Made by a program: the position numbers and the translations under genes. Below are positions 1-12,127 of a DNA stretch of 64,000 bases, piece by piece. This stretch comes from Escherichia coli. GTDB taxonomy: Bacteria; Pseudomonadota; Gammaproteobacteria; Enterobacterales; Enterobacteriaceae. Positions within the stretch are counted from its first letter, which is position 1; every line of letters begins with the position of its first letter. Below the pieces are notes generated by a model that worked only from the letters and a program-made list of their open reading frames with translations, had not been told where the DNA came from and did no database searches. The DNA lies in assembly GCF_003334335.1 (NCBI RefSeq), contig NZ_QOWQ01000029.1; one strand, given 5' to 3'.

Positions 1-71
1 GTAGCTCAGCTGGATAGAGTACTCGGCTACGAACCGAGCGGTCGGAGGTTCGAATCCTCCCGGATGCACCA
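1..71 (+). tRNA. argZ: tRNA-Arg (anticodon ACG), 5' end truncated by the window edge
   Basis: Identical to the 3' 71 nt of the complete tRNA at 270-346; ends in CCA. Which of the four tandem Arg genes this is rests on position only. Confidence 0.85.
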
Positions 72-212
72 TATTCTCCGAAATCTTCAGCAATGAAGGT
101 ATCGAAGAGGTAGCGGAATTAACCGCAGGCACTAGGGATGATAACGTTGCTTTAGCAACGGCCCGAAGGGCGAGCCGCAAGGCGAGTAATCCTCCCGGAT
201 GCACCATCTCTT
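72..212 (+). repeat. Conserved tRNA-Arg spacer unit with two hairpins, ending in a copy of the tRNA 3' end (cctcccggatgcaccatc)
   Basis: About 140 nt, near-identical to 347-487; the pseudo 3'-end copy lies at 191-208. Confidence 0.7.
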
Positions 213-269
213 AATTGATATGGCTTTAGTAGCGGTATCAATATCAGCAGTAGAATAAGTTTTCCCGAT

Positions 270-346
270 GCATCCGTAGCTCAGCTGGATAGAGTACTCG
301 GCTACGAACCGAGCGGTCGGAGGTTCGAATCCTCCCGGATGCACCA
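270..346 (+). tRNA. argQ: tRNA-Arg (anticodon ACG)
   Basis: 77-nt cloverleaf sequence gcatccgtagctcagctggatagagt...ggttcgaatcctcccggatgcacca; last tRNA before yqaB as in the K-12 serV-argVYZQ array. Confidence 0.9.
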
Positions 347-487
347 TATTCTCCGTAACCTTCAGCAATGAAGGTATCGAAGAGATAGCGGTATTAACCG
401 CAGGCACCAGGAAGGATAACGTTGCGCCAGCAACGGCCCGAAGGGCGAACGTCAGTGAGTCATCCTCCCGGATGCACCATCTTCTCC
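347..487 (+). repeat. Second copy of the tRNA-Arg spacer unit, with pseudo tRNA 3' end at 461-478
   Basis: Direct repeat of 72-212 with a few substitutions. Confidence 0.7.
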
Positions 488-626
488 AAAAAATTTCCTT
501 CAAAAATATCTCATTTCTAAATAACTCCTTTATCCATTTCCTGAATTTTCTTCTCCTTCGCCATCAGCGACAAAATCAAGCAATTACGCTAAAGTAGCGT
601 CATATTTTTCGACTTGCGAGAAGACC

Positions 627-1193
627 ATGTACGAGCGTTATGCAGGTTTAATTTTTGATATGGATGGCACAATCCTGGATACGGAGCCTACGCACCGTAA
701 AGCGTGGCGCGAAGTATTAGGGCACTACGGTCTTCAGTACGATATTCAGGCGATGATTGCGCTTAATGGATCGCCCACCTGGCGTATTGCTCAGGCAATT
801 ATTGAGCTGAATCAGGCCGATCTCGACCCGCATGCGTTAGCGCGTGAAAAAACAGAAGCAGTAAGAAGTATGCTGCTGGATAGCGTCGAACCGCTTCCTC
901 TTGTTGATGTGGTGAAAAGTTGGCATGGTCGTCGCCCAATGGCTGTAGGAACGGGGAGTGAAAGCGCCATCGCTGAGGCATTGCTGGCGCACCTGGGATT
1001 ACGCCATTATTTTGACGCCGTCGTCGCTGCCGATCACGTCAAACACCATAAACCCGCGCCAGACACATTTTTGTTGTGCGCGCAGCGTATGGGCGTGCAA
1101 CCGACGCAGTGTGTGGTCTTTGAAGATGCCGATTTCGGTATTCAGGCGGCCCGTGCAGCAGGCATGGACGCCGTGGATGTTCGCTTGCTGTGA
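627..1193 (+). CDS. yqaB: HAD-family sugar phosphatase YqaB
   Basis: 188-aa ORF with HAD motif DMDGTILDT; synteny next to yqaA-gshA. Confidence 0.9.
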   Translation: MYERYAGLIFDMDGTILDTEPTHRKAWREVLGHYGLQYDIQAMIALNGSPTWRIAQAIIELNQADLDPHALAREKTEAVRSMLLDSVEPLPLVDVVKSWHGRRPMAVGTGSESAIAEALLAHLGLRHYFDAVVAADHVKHHKPAPDTFLLCAQRMGVQPTQCVVFEDADFGIQAARAAGMDAVDVRLL

Positions 1194-1618
1194 GTGAAGC
1201 GTTATCGCTTTTCTCGTTGTTTGCCAGTAGTTTTCTCAGCGCTACACTATTACCCGGCAACTCCGAAGTCGTGCTGGTGGCAATGTTGCTTTCCGGGATC
1301 AGTCATCCCTGGGTTTTAGTTTTAACAGCAACAATGGGTAATAGCCTTGGAGGGTTAACTAACGTTATCCTTGGGCGTTTCTTTCCATTGCGTAAAACAT
1401 CGCGCTGGCAAGAGAAAGCTACCGGCTGGCTGAAACGCTATGGTGCAGTCACGCTATTATTAAGCTGGATGCCCGTGGTTGGCGATTTACTGTGTCTGTT
1501 AGCGGGATGGATGCGCATCTCGTGGGGACCGGTAATCTTTTTTTTGTGCCTTGGTAAAGCGTTACGCTATGTTGCAGTTGCAGCAGCGACCGTTCAGGGC
1601 ATGATGTGGTGGCACTAA
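1190..1618 (+). CDS. yqaA: DedA-like inner membrane protein YqaA
   Basis: 142-aa hydrophobic ORF overlapping the yqaB stop by 4 nt. Confidence 0.85.
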   Translation: MSEALSLFSLFASSFLSATLLPGNSEVVLVAMLLSGISHPWVLVLTATMGNSLGGLTNVILGRFFPLRKTSRWQEKATGWLKRYGAVTLLLSWMPVVGDLLCLLAGWMRISWGPVIFFLCLGKALRYVAVAAATVQGMMWWH

Positions 1619-1663
1619 TTGTAGGCCTGCACATATGGTCACCATTACAGTTATGCTAATTAA

Positions 1664-3247
<1,584 letters not shown>

Positions 3248-3255
3248 CAGAAAAG

Positions 3256-3328
3256 AAAAAGGCCACTCGTGAGTGGCCAAAATTTCATCTCTGAATTCAG
3301 GGATGATGATAACAAATGCGCGTCTTTC
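3256..3328 (-). ncRNA. micA: MicA (SraD) small RNA, divergent from luxS
   Basis: Minus strand reads GAAAGACGCGCATTTGTTATCATCATCCCTGAATTCAGAGATGAAATTTTGGCCACTCACGAGTGGCCTTTTT, the MicA sequence as I recall it, with its own terminator hairpin and T-run. Confidence 0.85.
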
Positions 3329-3396
3329 ATATACTCAGACTCGCCTGGGAAGAAAGAGTTCAGAAAATTTTTAAAAAAATTACCGGAGGTGGCTAA

Positions 3397-3912
3397 ATGC
3401 CGTTGTTAGATAGCTTCACAGTCGATCATACCCGGATGGAAGCGCCTGCAGTTCGGGTGGCGAAAACAATGAACACCCCGCATGGCGACGCAATCACCGT
3501 GTTCGATCTGCGCTTCTGCGTGCCGAACAAAGAAGTGATGCCAGAAAGAGGGATCCATACCCTGGAGCACCTGTTTGCTGGTTTTATGCGTAACCATCTT
3601 AACGGTAATGGTGTAGAGATTATCGATATCTCGCCAATGGGCTGCCGCACCGGTTTTTATATGAGTCTGATTGGTACGCCAGATGAGCAGCGTGTTGCTG
3701 ATGCCTGGAAAGCGGCAATGGAAGACGTGCTGAAAGTGCAGGATCAGAATCAGATCCCGGAACTGAACGTCTACCAGTGTGGCACTTACCAGATGCACTC
3801 GTTGCAGGAAGCGCAGGATATTGCGCGTAGCATTCTGGAACGTGACGTACGCATCAACAGCAACGAAGAACTGGCACTGCCGAAAGAGAAGTTGCAGGAA
3901 CTGCACATCTAG
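3397..3912 (+). CDS. luxS: S-ribosylhomocysteine lyase (AI-2 synthase)
   Basis: 171-aa [17 protein letters not shown]...; ends with a TAG stop. Confidence 0.95.
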
Positions 3913-3940
3913 TCAGTAAACTATCTTCACAATTAATTGA

Positions 3941-3970
3941 AAAAAGCCAGTTCAAATGAACTGGCTTAGT
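3941..3970. terminator. Hairpin between convergent luxS and emrB
   Basis: Stem-loop agccagttcaaatgaactggct flanked by an A-run, giving a T-run on the minus strand. Confidence 0.55.
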
Positions 3971-3975
3971 TGTAC

Positions 3976-5514
3976 TTAGTGCGCACCGCCTCCGCCGCCA
4001 CCTGCGCCAAATGGCGGTTTAGCAAACCACACCAGCCCCAGCAGGACGAGGAATATCCCGGCTGACATCCAGAAGATCTCATTGGCGGAAATAATCAGCC
4101 CCTGATTGGTGATCTGCTGGGCAATCCAGCCTGATGCCTGCTGTTGCGTCATCCCAAGCCCTTCCAGTTGACTGTACATCGCCTGGGCATTCGGGTTGAA
4201 CGGGTTTACCGACTCAGTCAACTGCGCATGGTGCATCGACTCGCGGTTGGTCCACATGGTCGTGGTTATCGACGTGCCGATAGACCCCGCCAGCGTTCGC
4301 GTAAAGTTAGAGAGGCTCGATGCCGCCGCCAGTCGTTCCGGTGGCAAACCAGACAGCGTAATGGTGGTCAGCGGCATAAAGAAGCAGGCCACCGCAAACC
4401 CCTGGATAAACTGCGGCCAGGCCGACGCGCCAAAATCCATACCTGGTTCAAAGGTATAGGCACGCCAGTAGAAGCAGACGGCATACATAATAAAGCTGAA
4501 GGTTACCAGCCGCCGCATATCCAGTTTATGCGCGAAGCGGCCGATAATCGGCGACAGGATCACCGGAATAATCCCTACCGGCGCAGAGGCCAAACCTGCC
4601 CAGGTCGCCGTGTAACCGTAGACCTCCTGCAACAACTGCGGCAGCAGAACAATAGCGCCGAAGTAGAGCATATACGCGAGGCTGATACACAAGCAGCCGA
4701 TGGTGAAGTTGCGCGACTTAAACAACGACAGATCGACTATCGGGTTATCGTCGGTCAGCTCCCAGACAATCAGGAAGCAGATAGCCACCACCGCCACCAC
4801 GGTAAGGATGATAATTTCCTGTGATGAAAACCAGTCCAGCTCTTTACCGCGGTCGAGCATAATCTGCAGGCTGCCGATACCAATAACCAGCAGTGCCAGC
4901 CCCACGGCATCAATCCGCCGCCGTTCGGTGCGGGTTTCACGTCCGCGCAGAGTTTGCAGTGTCATCAACACCACCGCCACGCCAATCGGCACGTTGATGA
5001 AGAATATCCAGCCCCAGTGGTAATTATCGCTGATATAACCGCCGAGGATCGGGCCGCAAATTGGCGCGACAATCACCGTCATCGACCACAACGCCAGCGC
5101 GATCGAGCGTTTGGCTGGCGGGTAGTTATTCAGCAATAGACTTTGCGAAAGCGGGATCAACGGCCCGGCGACAATCCCCTGAATCACGCGGAAGAAGATC
5201 AGCATATTCAGGCTGCTGGAGACACCACACGCCCACGACGCAATAGCAAAGGCGATGGTGGACCAAAGGAACAGTTTCACTTCCCCGACGCGCTTTGCCA
5301 GCCAGCCGGTAAGCGGGATCGAGATGGCATTCGCCACCCCGAAAGAAGTGATTACCCACGTTCCCTGGCTGAGCGATGAGCCCAGATTCCCGGCGATAGT
5401 GGGGATCGCCACGTTAGCAATGGTGGAGTCCAGCACCTGCATGAATGTCGCCAGTGACAGCGCAATCGTCATAATGACCAGTTGCGCGCCTTCCAGCGGT
5501 TTTTGCTGTTGCAT
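3976..5514 (-). CDS. emrB: MFS multidrug efflux pump EmrB
   Basis: ORF of 515 aa; start placed at the MQQQKPLEG methionine (512 aa) as in K-12. Confidence 0.9.
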   Translation of the reverse strand: MQQQKPLEGAQLVIMTIALSLATFMQVLDSTIANVAIPTIAGNLGSSLSQGTWVITSFGVANAISIPLTGWLAKRVGEVKLFLWSTIAFAIASWACGVSSSLNMLIFFRVIQGIVAGPLIPLSQSLLLNNYPPAKRSIALALWSMTVIVAPICGPILGGYISDNYHWGWIFFINVPIGVAVVLMTLQTLRGRETRTERRRIDAVGLALLVIGIGSLQIMLDRGKELDWFSSQEIIILTVVAVVAICFLIVWELTDDNPIVDLSLFKSRNFTIGCLCISLAYMLYFGAIVLLPQLLQEVYGYTATWAGLASAPVGIIPVILSPIIGRFAHKLDMRRLVTFSFIMYAVCFYWRAYTFEPGMDFGASAWPQFIQGFAVACFFMPLTTITLSGLPPERLAAASSLSNFTRTLAGSIGTSITTTMWTNRESMHHAQLTESVNPFNPNAQAMYSQLEGLGMTQQQASGWIAQQITNQGLIISANEIFWMSAGIFLVLLGLVWFAKPPFGAGGGGGGAH

Positions 5515-5530
5515 CACACGCACCTCTGGA

Positions 5531-6703
5531 TTAGCCAGCGTTAGCTTTTACGATATCGTCGATCAGTTTATTGACAGGTGCCAGGCTGATTTCACGCGCG
5601 GTGCTTACCGCTACCGGAGTGGAACGTACTTTATTTGCCAGTACCTGACCGTCACGGTTAGTGGTATTGACGCTCACCAGCGTGGACAAACCGATACGCA
5701 GCGGATATTGCTCCAGCTGTTTCTGGTCCAGTTCGATACGCACAGGCAGACGCTGAACGACTTTGATCCAGTTACCGGTCGCATTTTGCGCTGGAAGCAG
5801 TGAGAACGCGCTACCTGTGCCCATATCCAGACCAACCACTTTACCGGTGTATTTCACATCATCGCCGTAAATATCCGTGGTGATAGTGACCGGCTGACCG
5901 ATACGCATATTGGCAATCTGCGTCTCTTTAAAGTTGGCATCCACCCACATATTGGTGGCTGGAACGACCGCCATCAGCGGCGTCGTTGGGCTAATTTGCG
6001 CCCCAGGCTGTACCGCGCGGCGGGAGACATAACCGGTCATCGGACTGATAATACGAGTACGCTCCAGCGCCAGCCAGGCGTTACGTACTTCGGTGGCAGC
6101 CTGTTGCACGGCTGGCTGATCTTCCAGTTTAGTCCCCAGAATCATCGCCTGATTGGCATTGTATTGTTGAATCGCGACGTCCAGTTGCGCCTGGGCACTG
6201 GTGACGGCGTCGCGGGCGTGTTGCAGCTCTTCGCGACCAATCAGGTTGGCATTGCCCAGCGGCACACGGCGGTTGTAGTCGCTTTGTGCTTTCGCGAGGG
6301 CGATTTTCTGCACCTCAATATTCGCCTGCAACTGCTTGCTGTTAATCATCAGCTGGTGGGTTTGGCGAACGCTGGAAGCCAGTGCAGTTTTGGCTTTTTC
6401 AAACGCCTGGCGAGCATCTGTCGGGTCGAGAGTGACCAGCACGTCGCCTTCTTTTACAAAATCGGTGTTATCGGCCCAGACTTTCGTCACGCTGCCAGAC
6501 ACCTGAGACATAATTTGAATTTGATTCCCTGCCACGTATGCGTCATCGGTTTCTTCGAAGTGACGCAGTACCAAAAACCAATAAATCCCTATCGCTACGG
6601 CAATAATTATAAAGAGCAAGGTGAGAAGGAGGAGCAGACGCTTACGTTTGCCGCTCTTCTTTACCGGTTGCTGCGGGGTTTGAGTCTCCGCATTTGCGCT
6701 CAT
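5531..6703 (-). CDS. emrA: Multidrug efflux membrane fusion protein EmrA
   Basis: ORF of 394 aa; start placed at MSANAETQTPQQ (390 aa). Confidence 0.9.
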   Translation of the reverse strand: MSANAETQTPQQPVKKSGKRKRLLLLLTLLFIIIAVAIGIYWFLVLRHFEETDDAYVAGNQIQIMSQVSGSVTKVWADNTDFVKEGDVLVTLDPTDARQAFEKAKTALASSVRQTHQLMINSKQLQANIEVQKIALAKAQSDYNRRVPLGNANLIGREELQHARDAVTSAQAQLDVAIQQYNANQAMILGTKLEDQPAVQQAATEVRNAWLALERTRIISPMTGYVSRRAVQPGAQISPTTPLMAVVPATNMWVDANFKETQIANMRIGQPVTITTDIYGDDVKYTGKVVGLDMGTGSAFSLLPAQNATGNWIKVVQRLPVRIELDQKQLEQYPLRIGLSTLVSVNTTNRDGQVLANKVRSTPVAVSTAREISLAPVNKLIDDIVKANAG

Positions 6704-6829
6704 ATTGTTCTCCACGATCTTCTTAACTCATCGGCTGAGCCGACCTGCTTGCCAAAAAGGCCAGCATGTTGCGATGCTGGCCAGTCATTTTTTCTTTTAT
6801 AAATCTGGATTTTTGAGCGAGATGACGCG

Positions 6830-7360
6830 TTAGCTCATCGCTTCGAGAACCACACCGTCTTGTTCCATCTGGTCGAGACGGGAGAGCAATTTGCGGGTGA
6901 TTTGCTCGAGCTGATCTTTTTCTGTTGTGCTGAGCGCGGACCAGAGTTGATGCAGGCAGTTATGCTGCGGTGGTAAAACCTCGCGCAAAAACTCGTGACC
7001 TTTTTCCGTTAATTGCAGATGCAGGCAGCGGCGATCGTTATCGCTTTCACGACGTTCGATCCAACCGCGTTTTTCCAGTTCATCGGCAATACGCGTCGCG
7101 TTGGTACGGGATGATCCAAGAGCACAACTTAATTCAGAAGGCTGAATACTGTGGTTTTCCTGAGACTCCAGCGTAATCAACGCCATAAACAACGTCTCGT
7201 TAATCCCCTGAGCCTTCAGCATTTTATTGCGGTTCTCCAGCAGCTTGCTTTGCATGTGCATGCAAAGACGAGTCAGAAGGATCTCCTGATAAGGAAAATC
7301 TTCGTGGCGGCTGGCGCGAAATTTTAGCATTTGTTCAATGGGCGTAAACGAACTATCCAT
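6830..7360 (-). CDS. mprA: MarR-family repressor of emrAB
   Basis: 176-aa ORF immediately upstream of emrAB. Confidence 0.9.
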
Positions 7361-7450
7361 TTGGGTATGACCTCATTAATTTCAGCCGATATAGTAACGA
7401 CAGTGACAAATAAAGTAAATGTATTGTTTTAGAAAAATGATTCTTGTGGG

Positions 7451-7786
7451 TTATATAATCGCCATCACTTTCCAGGCGAGCCCATAGGCCAGCGCACTAA
7501 GCAGTGTTGGGATGATAATGCTGCGTGTTTTATAGAAACTGGCACCCAGTACCGCGAAGCCGACCAGCGTGGGCACGAAACGGCGTGTATCGTGCATCAC
7601 TTCTGGTGCGGTAGAGACAACCAGCAGAGCGCATATCGAGGCGATGCCAATGGTGTCGAGCAAAATACCTACCGCGCCACGTTTGGTTGGGCGGGCATTA
7701 CCCACACGCAGGCGCAGCGGCAAATAGCGGAAGCAATAATTCGCCACGCCAACTAGTAACCCAAGCAGCAGAACCTCATAGCTCAT
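7451..7786 (-). CDS. ygaH: AzlD-family L-valine exporter subunit
   Basis: 111-aa hydrophobic ORF overlapping the end of ygaZ. Confidence 0.85.
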
Positions 7787-8513
7787 CGGGCGCTCCTTGC
7801 CAGAATGCCTGGATTAACGCAGTGAGGCAGCCACAGACAATGCCTGCCAGAATGGCGACGGGAATAGAAAATAGCGTTACGCCTGCAAGGGCACCAACTA
7901 ACGCTGCGGTAACGCAAAGAGATTGTTTGCGCTGGAAAGAGGCGAGCAGGAAACTCATAAAGAGTGCCGGAAGCATAAAACCTAATGCAGCTTCAACGGC
8001 GGGATAACCTTGCAGCAAGCCGCTGCCGGAGAATGCCCCTATTACCGTACCAAATACCCACGATGACCATGAACTGAAGGCAATGCCGATCATCCAGTTC
8101 TCGCTCCAGCGGCGATTATTGCGTACCAGTTTTGCGGTTGCGGCGGCAAAAACCTCATCCGTCAGGCCAAACGCCCACAGGGCGGTTTTCGATTTTTGCA
8201 GACGCTGAATAATACGGCTACGCAGTGACGGGCCATACAACACATGGCGAACATCCATTGCCATGACGGTCAGTGCAGCAATCCACAAACTACTCCCGGC
8301 TGCCAGCATCGCGGTAATGACGAACTGGCTCGCGCCTGCATAAATGATGCAGGAGAAAAAAACGCTTTCGAGAGGAGAGAATCCCAGACGGGTCGCATTC
8401 AGACCGAACGCAAAGGCCACCGGAATATAACTAATAACAATCGGTAAACTGTCTTTGCATCCTTCCATGAAGGTCGCCGAACCAGGAGCAGGCTGTGGAG
8501 TAGGGCTTTCCAT
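7776..8513 (-). CDS. ygaZ: AzlC-family L-valine exporter subunit
   Basis: 245-aa membrane protein ORF. Confidence 0.85.
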
Positions 8514-8636
8514 AGAGTGTACGCTTAACGATTGTTAATATTATAAATAGACTGAATGAATATCTTAACCTTATCAGACTGATGGGCTTCTTAACACCCT
8601 TATAAGTGTAAAGCCACGAAAACGGTTGCTGATTGC

Positions 8637-9821
8637 TTAATTTGCGGCTTCCTGACGATGAAAACCTCGCCACCAGACCAGTAAGTTAACCAGGGCAATC
8701 GTCGCGCCAGCCAGACAAACGCCAGCCCAACCGCCATGTTGCCAGGCTGAGGCTGAAATTAGCGAACCGGCGGCACCGCCAATAAAGTAGCTAGTCATGT
8801 AACCTGCGGTCAGGCGATTGCGCGCATCAGGATGTATCCGATAAATTACCGTCTGGTTAGTGATATGCACGCCCTGCACGGTGAGATCCAGCACCAGGAT
8901 TCCGATAATCAACGCCAGTACGGAAGTGTGACCAAACCAGATCGCCAGCCATGAAAGTAATAGCAGCAGCAGACCGAAAGTTGTGGTGTGGTGCGATTTG
9001 CCCTTATCGGCAAAACCGCCCGCCGGACGAGCGCCCAACGCTCCGGCAGCTCCCGCAAGTCCAAACAGACCAATGACACCATCGCTGTAGTTAAAAGGTG
9101 GAGCGGCAAGCAAAAAGGCCATTGAGGTCCAGAGAATGCTGAAATTGGCAAAGGTCAGGCAGCCCAGCAACGCGCGGGTACGCAGAATTTTATCGCTGAT
9201 AAACATACTGAAAACGGAACCCAACAACTGTGGGTAGTTGAGGTGGGTTTCTGATTTCATTTGTGGCAGACCACGCCATAATGCCAGCGCCATCAGTGCC
9301 ATTAACACCGAAGCAACCCAAAAGACGGTGCGCCAGCCGCCGAGATTCGCCAGCAATCCGGCAACTGTCCGTGCCAGCAAGATCCCCAACAGCAGACCGC
9401 TCATAATAGTGCCAACCACTTTGCCGCGTTTATCCGGTGAAGCCAGCGTCGCTGCCAGCGGAACCAGAATTTGTGCCACGACTGAGAATAAACCGGTTAA
9501 TGCCGTACCGAGGATCATCATCGCCAGCGACTGACTGCTGGCGGTAATCAACATGCCGCATGCCGCCAGTAAGGTCATCGAGACAATCAGGCGGCGGCGT
9601 TCAAACATATCACCGAGGGGAACAAGAAACAGTAGACCTGCGGCATAGCCCAACTGCGCGGCGGTAACAATAAAGCCTGCCGAACTGGCGGAAAGGGAAA
9701 AGTTACGCGCGATGGTGTCGAGCAATGGCTGGGCGTAATAGTTACTGGCTACCGCCAGACCGGTGGCGATAGACATCAGCACGATCAGCGCCGGGCTAAG
9801 CTCATGATTAGGTTTAGTCAT
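8637..9821 (-). CDS. ygaY: MFS transporter YgaY, intact reading frame
   Basis: 394-aa ORF with about 12 hydrophobic segments; synteny between ygaZ and proX. Confidence 0.8.
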   Translation of the reverse strand: MTKPNHELSPALIVLMSIATGLAVASNYYAQPLLDTIARNFSLSASSAGFIVTAAQLGYAAGLLFLVPLGDMFERRRLIVSMTLLAACGMLITASSQSLAMMILGTALTGLFSVVAQILVPLAATLASPDKRGKVVGTIMSGLLLGILLARTVAGLLANLGGWRTVFWVASVLMALMALALWRGLPQMKSETHLNYPQLLGSVFSMFISDKILRTRALLGCLTFANFSILWTSMAFLLAAPPFNYSDGVIGLFGLAGAAGALGARPAGGFADKGKSHHTTTFGLLLLLLSWLAIWFGHTSVLALIIGILVLDLTVQGVHITNQTVIYRIHPDARNRLTAGYMTSYFIGGAAGSLISASAWQHGGWAGVCLAGATIALVNLLVWWRGFHRQEAAN

Positions 9822-9919
9822 TATTTTTGTTCATCAGGTGATGATTAAGCTGGAAATCAATAATAGCGGATGTTGATGAATATGGGATGAAAGATAGATT
9901 GTTGAAATGTGCGATGTGG

Positions 9920-10005
9920 TTTGTAGGCATGATAAGACGCGCCAGCGTCGCATCAGGCATTGTGCACAGAACGGCGGATGCGGCAAAAACGCCTTATCCG
10001 CCCGA
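9920..10005. repeat. REP/BIME-type extragenic palindromes
   Basis: gcctgatgcgacgctggcgcgtcttatcatgcctaca-like and cggatgcggcaaaaacgccttatccgcc units. Confidence 0.6.
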
Positions 10006-10012
10006 ATAAAAA

Positions 10013-11005
10013 TTACTTCTGCGCTGCCAGCGCCTCATTCACCCAGCCATCGAACTGCTGCTGGTGGGCTTTGATCCAACCATCAACGTGTCCCTGAATA
10101 TCGCCTTCTGAGGCTTTGCCGTCATGCATAATGGCGTTCTGGGCGTTAATATCTGCCACTGGCAACTGCATAATGGCAAACAGTTTCGCTGCTGCCGGGT
10201 TTTTCTCGGCCCAGGCTTTGTTGGCAACGATATGCATGGTGCTGACCGGGAAGCCATAATTCGCACCATTCGGCAGTTTGGTATCGGCGTTTTTATCGCC
10301 CGGCAGTGCGGAGAACGGCACCTGCAACCAGACGACATCTTTGCCCGGCTTCAGTTCGTTACTCACCCAGTACGGCGTCCAGGTGTAATAAAACACCGGT
10401 TTGCCCTCTTTGTAGCGACTGATGGTGTCGGCCATCATCGCTGCGTAGTTCCCCTGATTATGCGTCACGGTGTTGGTCAGTTCATACGCGGCAAGCTGGT
10501 GGTTGATCGCACCTTCGCAGCCCCAGCCAGGGTTACAACCGGTTAAATCCGCTTTTCCGTCGCCGTTGGTATCGAACAGTTTGGCGATCTTCGGATCTTT
10601 CAGTTGTGCGATGTTGGTGATTTTGTACTGGTCGGCGGTTTTCTTATCGATCAGGTAACCCTGTGCCGCGCCGTTAACAAATACCCCTTCACGATAAAAT
10701 TTCTTATCGCCACCGGCAGCTTCGTACATGTTGTCATGCAGTGGCGTCCAGTTCACGGCGGTGAAGGTTGCATCGCCGGAAGCAAGCGAGGTGTAGCCAA
10801 CGTTGTAATCTACTTCGCTGGGTTTGTTGACGGTATAACCTAATTTCTCCAGCGCACGACTGACCAGCAGCGTCTGGAAGGTTTCTTCAGTGATGGTGCT
10901 CTGAACTGGATTAACAGTAATGCCTTTGCCCGGCAGATCGGCAGCAAAAGTTTGTGTAGAGATAAGCGTGGCAAACGCTGTCGCAAAAAGTACGCTATGT
11001 CGCAT
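10013..11005 (-). CDS. proX: Glycine betaine/proline periplasmic binding protein
   Basis: Start placed at [21 protein letters not shown] (signal peptide), 330 aa; the ORF track extends 14 codons upstream. Confidence 0.9.
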
Positions 11006-11062
11006 TGTTATTCCTTTTTTTGGCAGGGTGATAATGCCCGGCGTCACCGGGCAAGTGCAGAG

Positions 11063-12127
11063 TTACTTAATGAATGGGCGGGTCAGCAGACCAACAGGGC
11101 CAGTGGTGTACCAGCGACGGTTGCCGCGACTGCGTGAGTCGCGCCCAACGGCCTGCGTCAGACGATCGAGGATAATGGCGAGGATCACAATCCCGACGCC
11201 GCCAACGGTGGCAAGCCCCATATCCAGACGACCGATACCGCGAAGTACCATCTGACCCAACCCGCCGACGGCAATCATCGAGGCGATGACCACCATAGAA
11301 AGGGCCAGCATCAGCGTCTGGTTAACGCCCGCCATAATGGTCGGCATCGCCAGCGGTAACTGAACTTTGAACAGCATCTGGCGCGGGCTGGCACCGAATG
11401 AGCGCGAGGCTTCAATCAGATCCGCCGGAACCTGGTTAATCCCCAGAATGGTCAGACGGATAATCGGCGGCAGAGCAAAGATGATCGTCACCACCACGCC
11501 CGGCACGTTACCGATACCAAATAGCATGACGATTGGCACCAGATAAACAAACGCTGGCGTGGTCTGCATGGCATCAAGCAGTGGACGAATAATTTTCGCC
11601 GCTCGCGGACTTCTCGCCAGCCATATCCCCAACGGCAAACCGATGACGATACAGAACAGCAGGGCGGTTAACACCAGCGCCAGAGTCACCATTGCCTGCG
11701 ACCAGGCACCGATTGCGCCGATGGCAATCAGCGAAACCAGCGTCGCCACACCCATTCCGACCCCGGAAATCTGCCAGGCGATGAGAGCGAAAACGATAAT
11801 CGCCACCGGTGCGGGCATACCCAGCAGCAATTGCTGGAAACCGTTGAGGATATAATCAACCGGAACGCGCACGCCCTGGAAGACGGGACGGAAATGGGTA
11901 ACGACCCAGTCGATCCCTTCAGTGACCCAACTGTCGAGCGGGATCAGCGTTTTATGGAACGGATCGAGAATATTAAAATGCTCGACGTTTGGCGCAGGCG
12001 TACTGGTCAGCCAGTCAGCACCACCGCCGTCAGTCGGTGCAGTCGTCGGTGTACCCCAGGCGTCTGCGGATTGCGCGGCACTGTCCGCCGCTGGCGTGGT
12101 ATCCCACGGATTATTTTGATCAGCCAT
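11063..12127 (-). CDS. proW: Glycine betaine/proline ABC permease
   Basis: 354-aa ORF with ABC permease character. Confidence 0.9.
   Translation of the reverse strand: MADQNNPWDTTPAADSAAQSADAWGTPTTAPTDGGGADWLTSTPAPNVEHFNILDPFHKTLIPLDSWVTEGIDWVVTHFRPVFQGVRVPVDYILNGFQQLLLGMPAPVAIIVFALIAWQISGVGMGVATLVSLIAIGAIGAWSQAMVTLALVLTALLFCIVIGLPLGIWLARSPRAAKIIRPLLDAMQTTPAFVYLVPIVMLFGIGNVPGVVVTIIFALPPIIRLTILGINQVPADLIEASRSFGASPRQMLFKVQLPLAMPTIMAGVNQTLMLALSMVVIASMIAVGGLGQMVLRGIGRLDMGLATVGGVGIVILAIILDRLTQAVGRDSRSRGNRRWYTTGPVGLLTRPFIK

Noticed and set aside
132..503. 123-aa minus-strand ORF across the tRNA-Arg array
   Set aside because: It overlaps two tRNA genes and the repeated spacer; the open frame is an artefact of the repeat.
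5996..6802. 268-aa plus-strand ORF
   Set aside because: It lies antisense within emrA, which is clearly recognisable on the minus strand.
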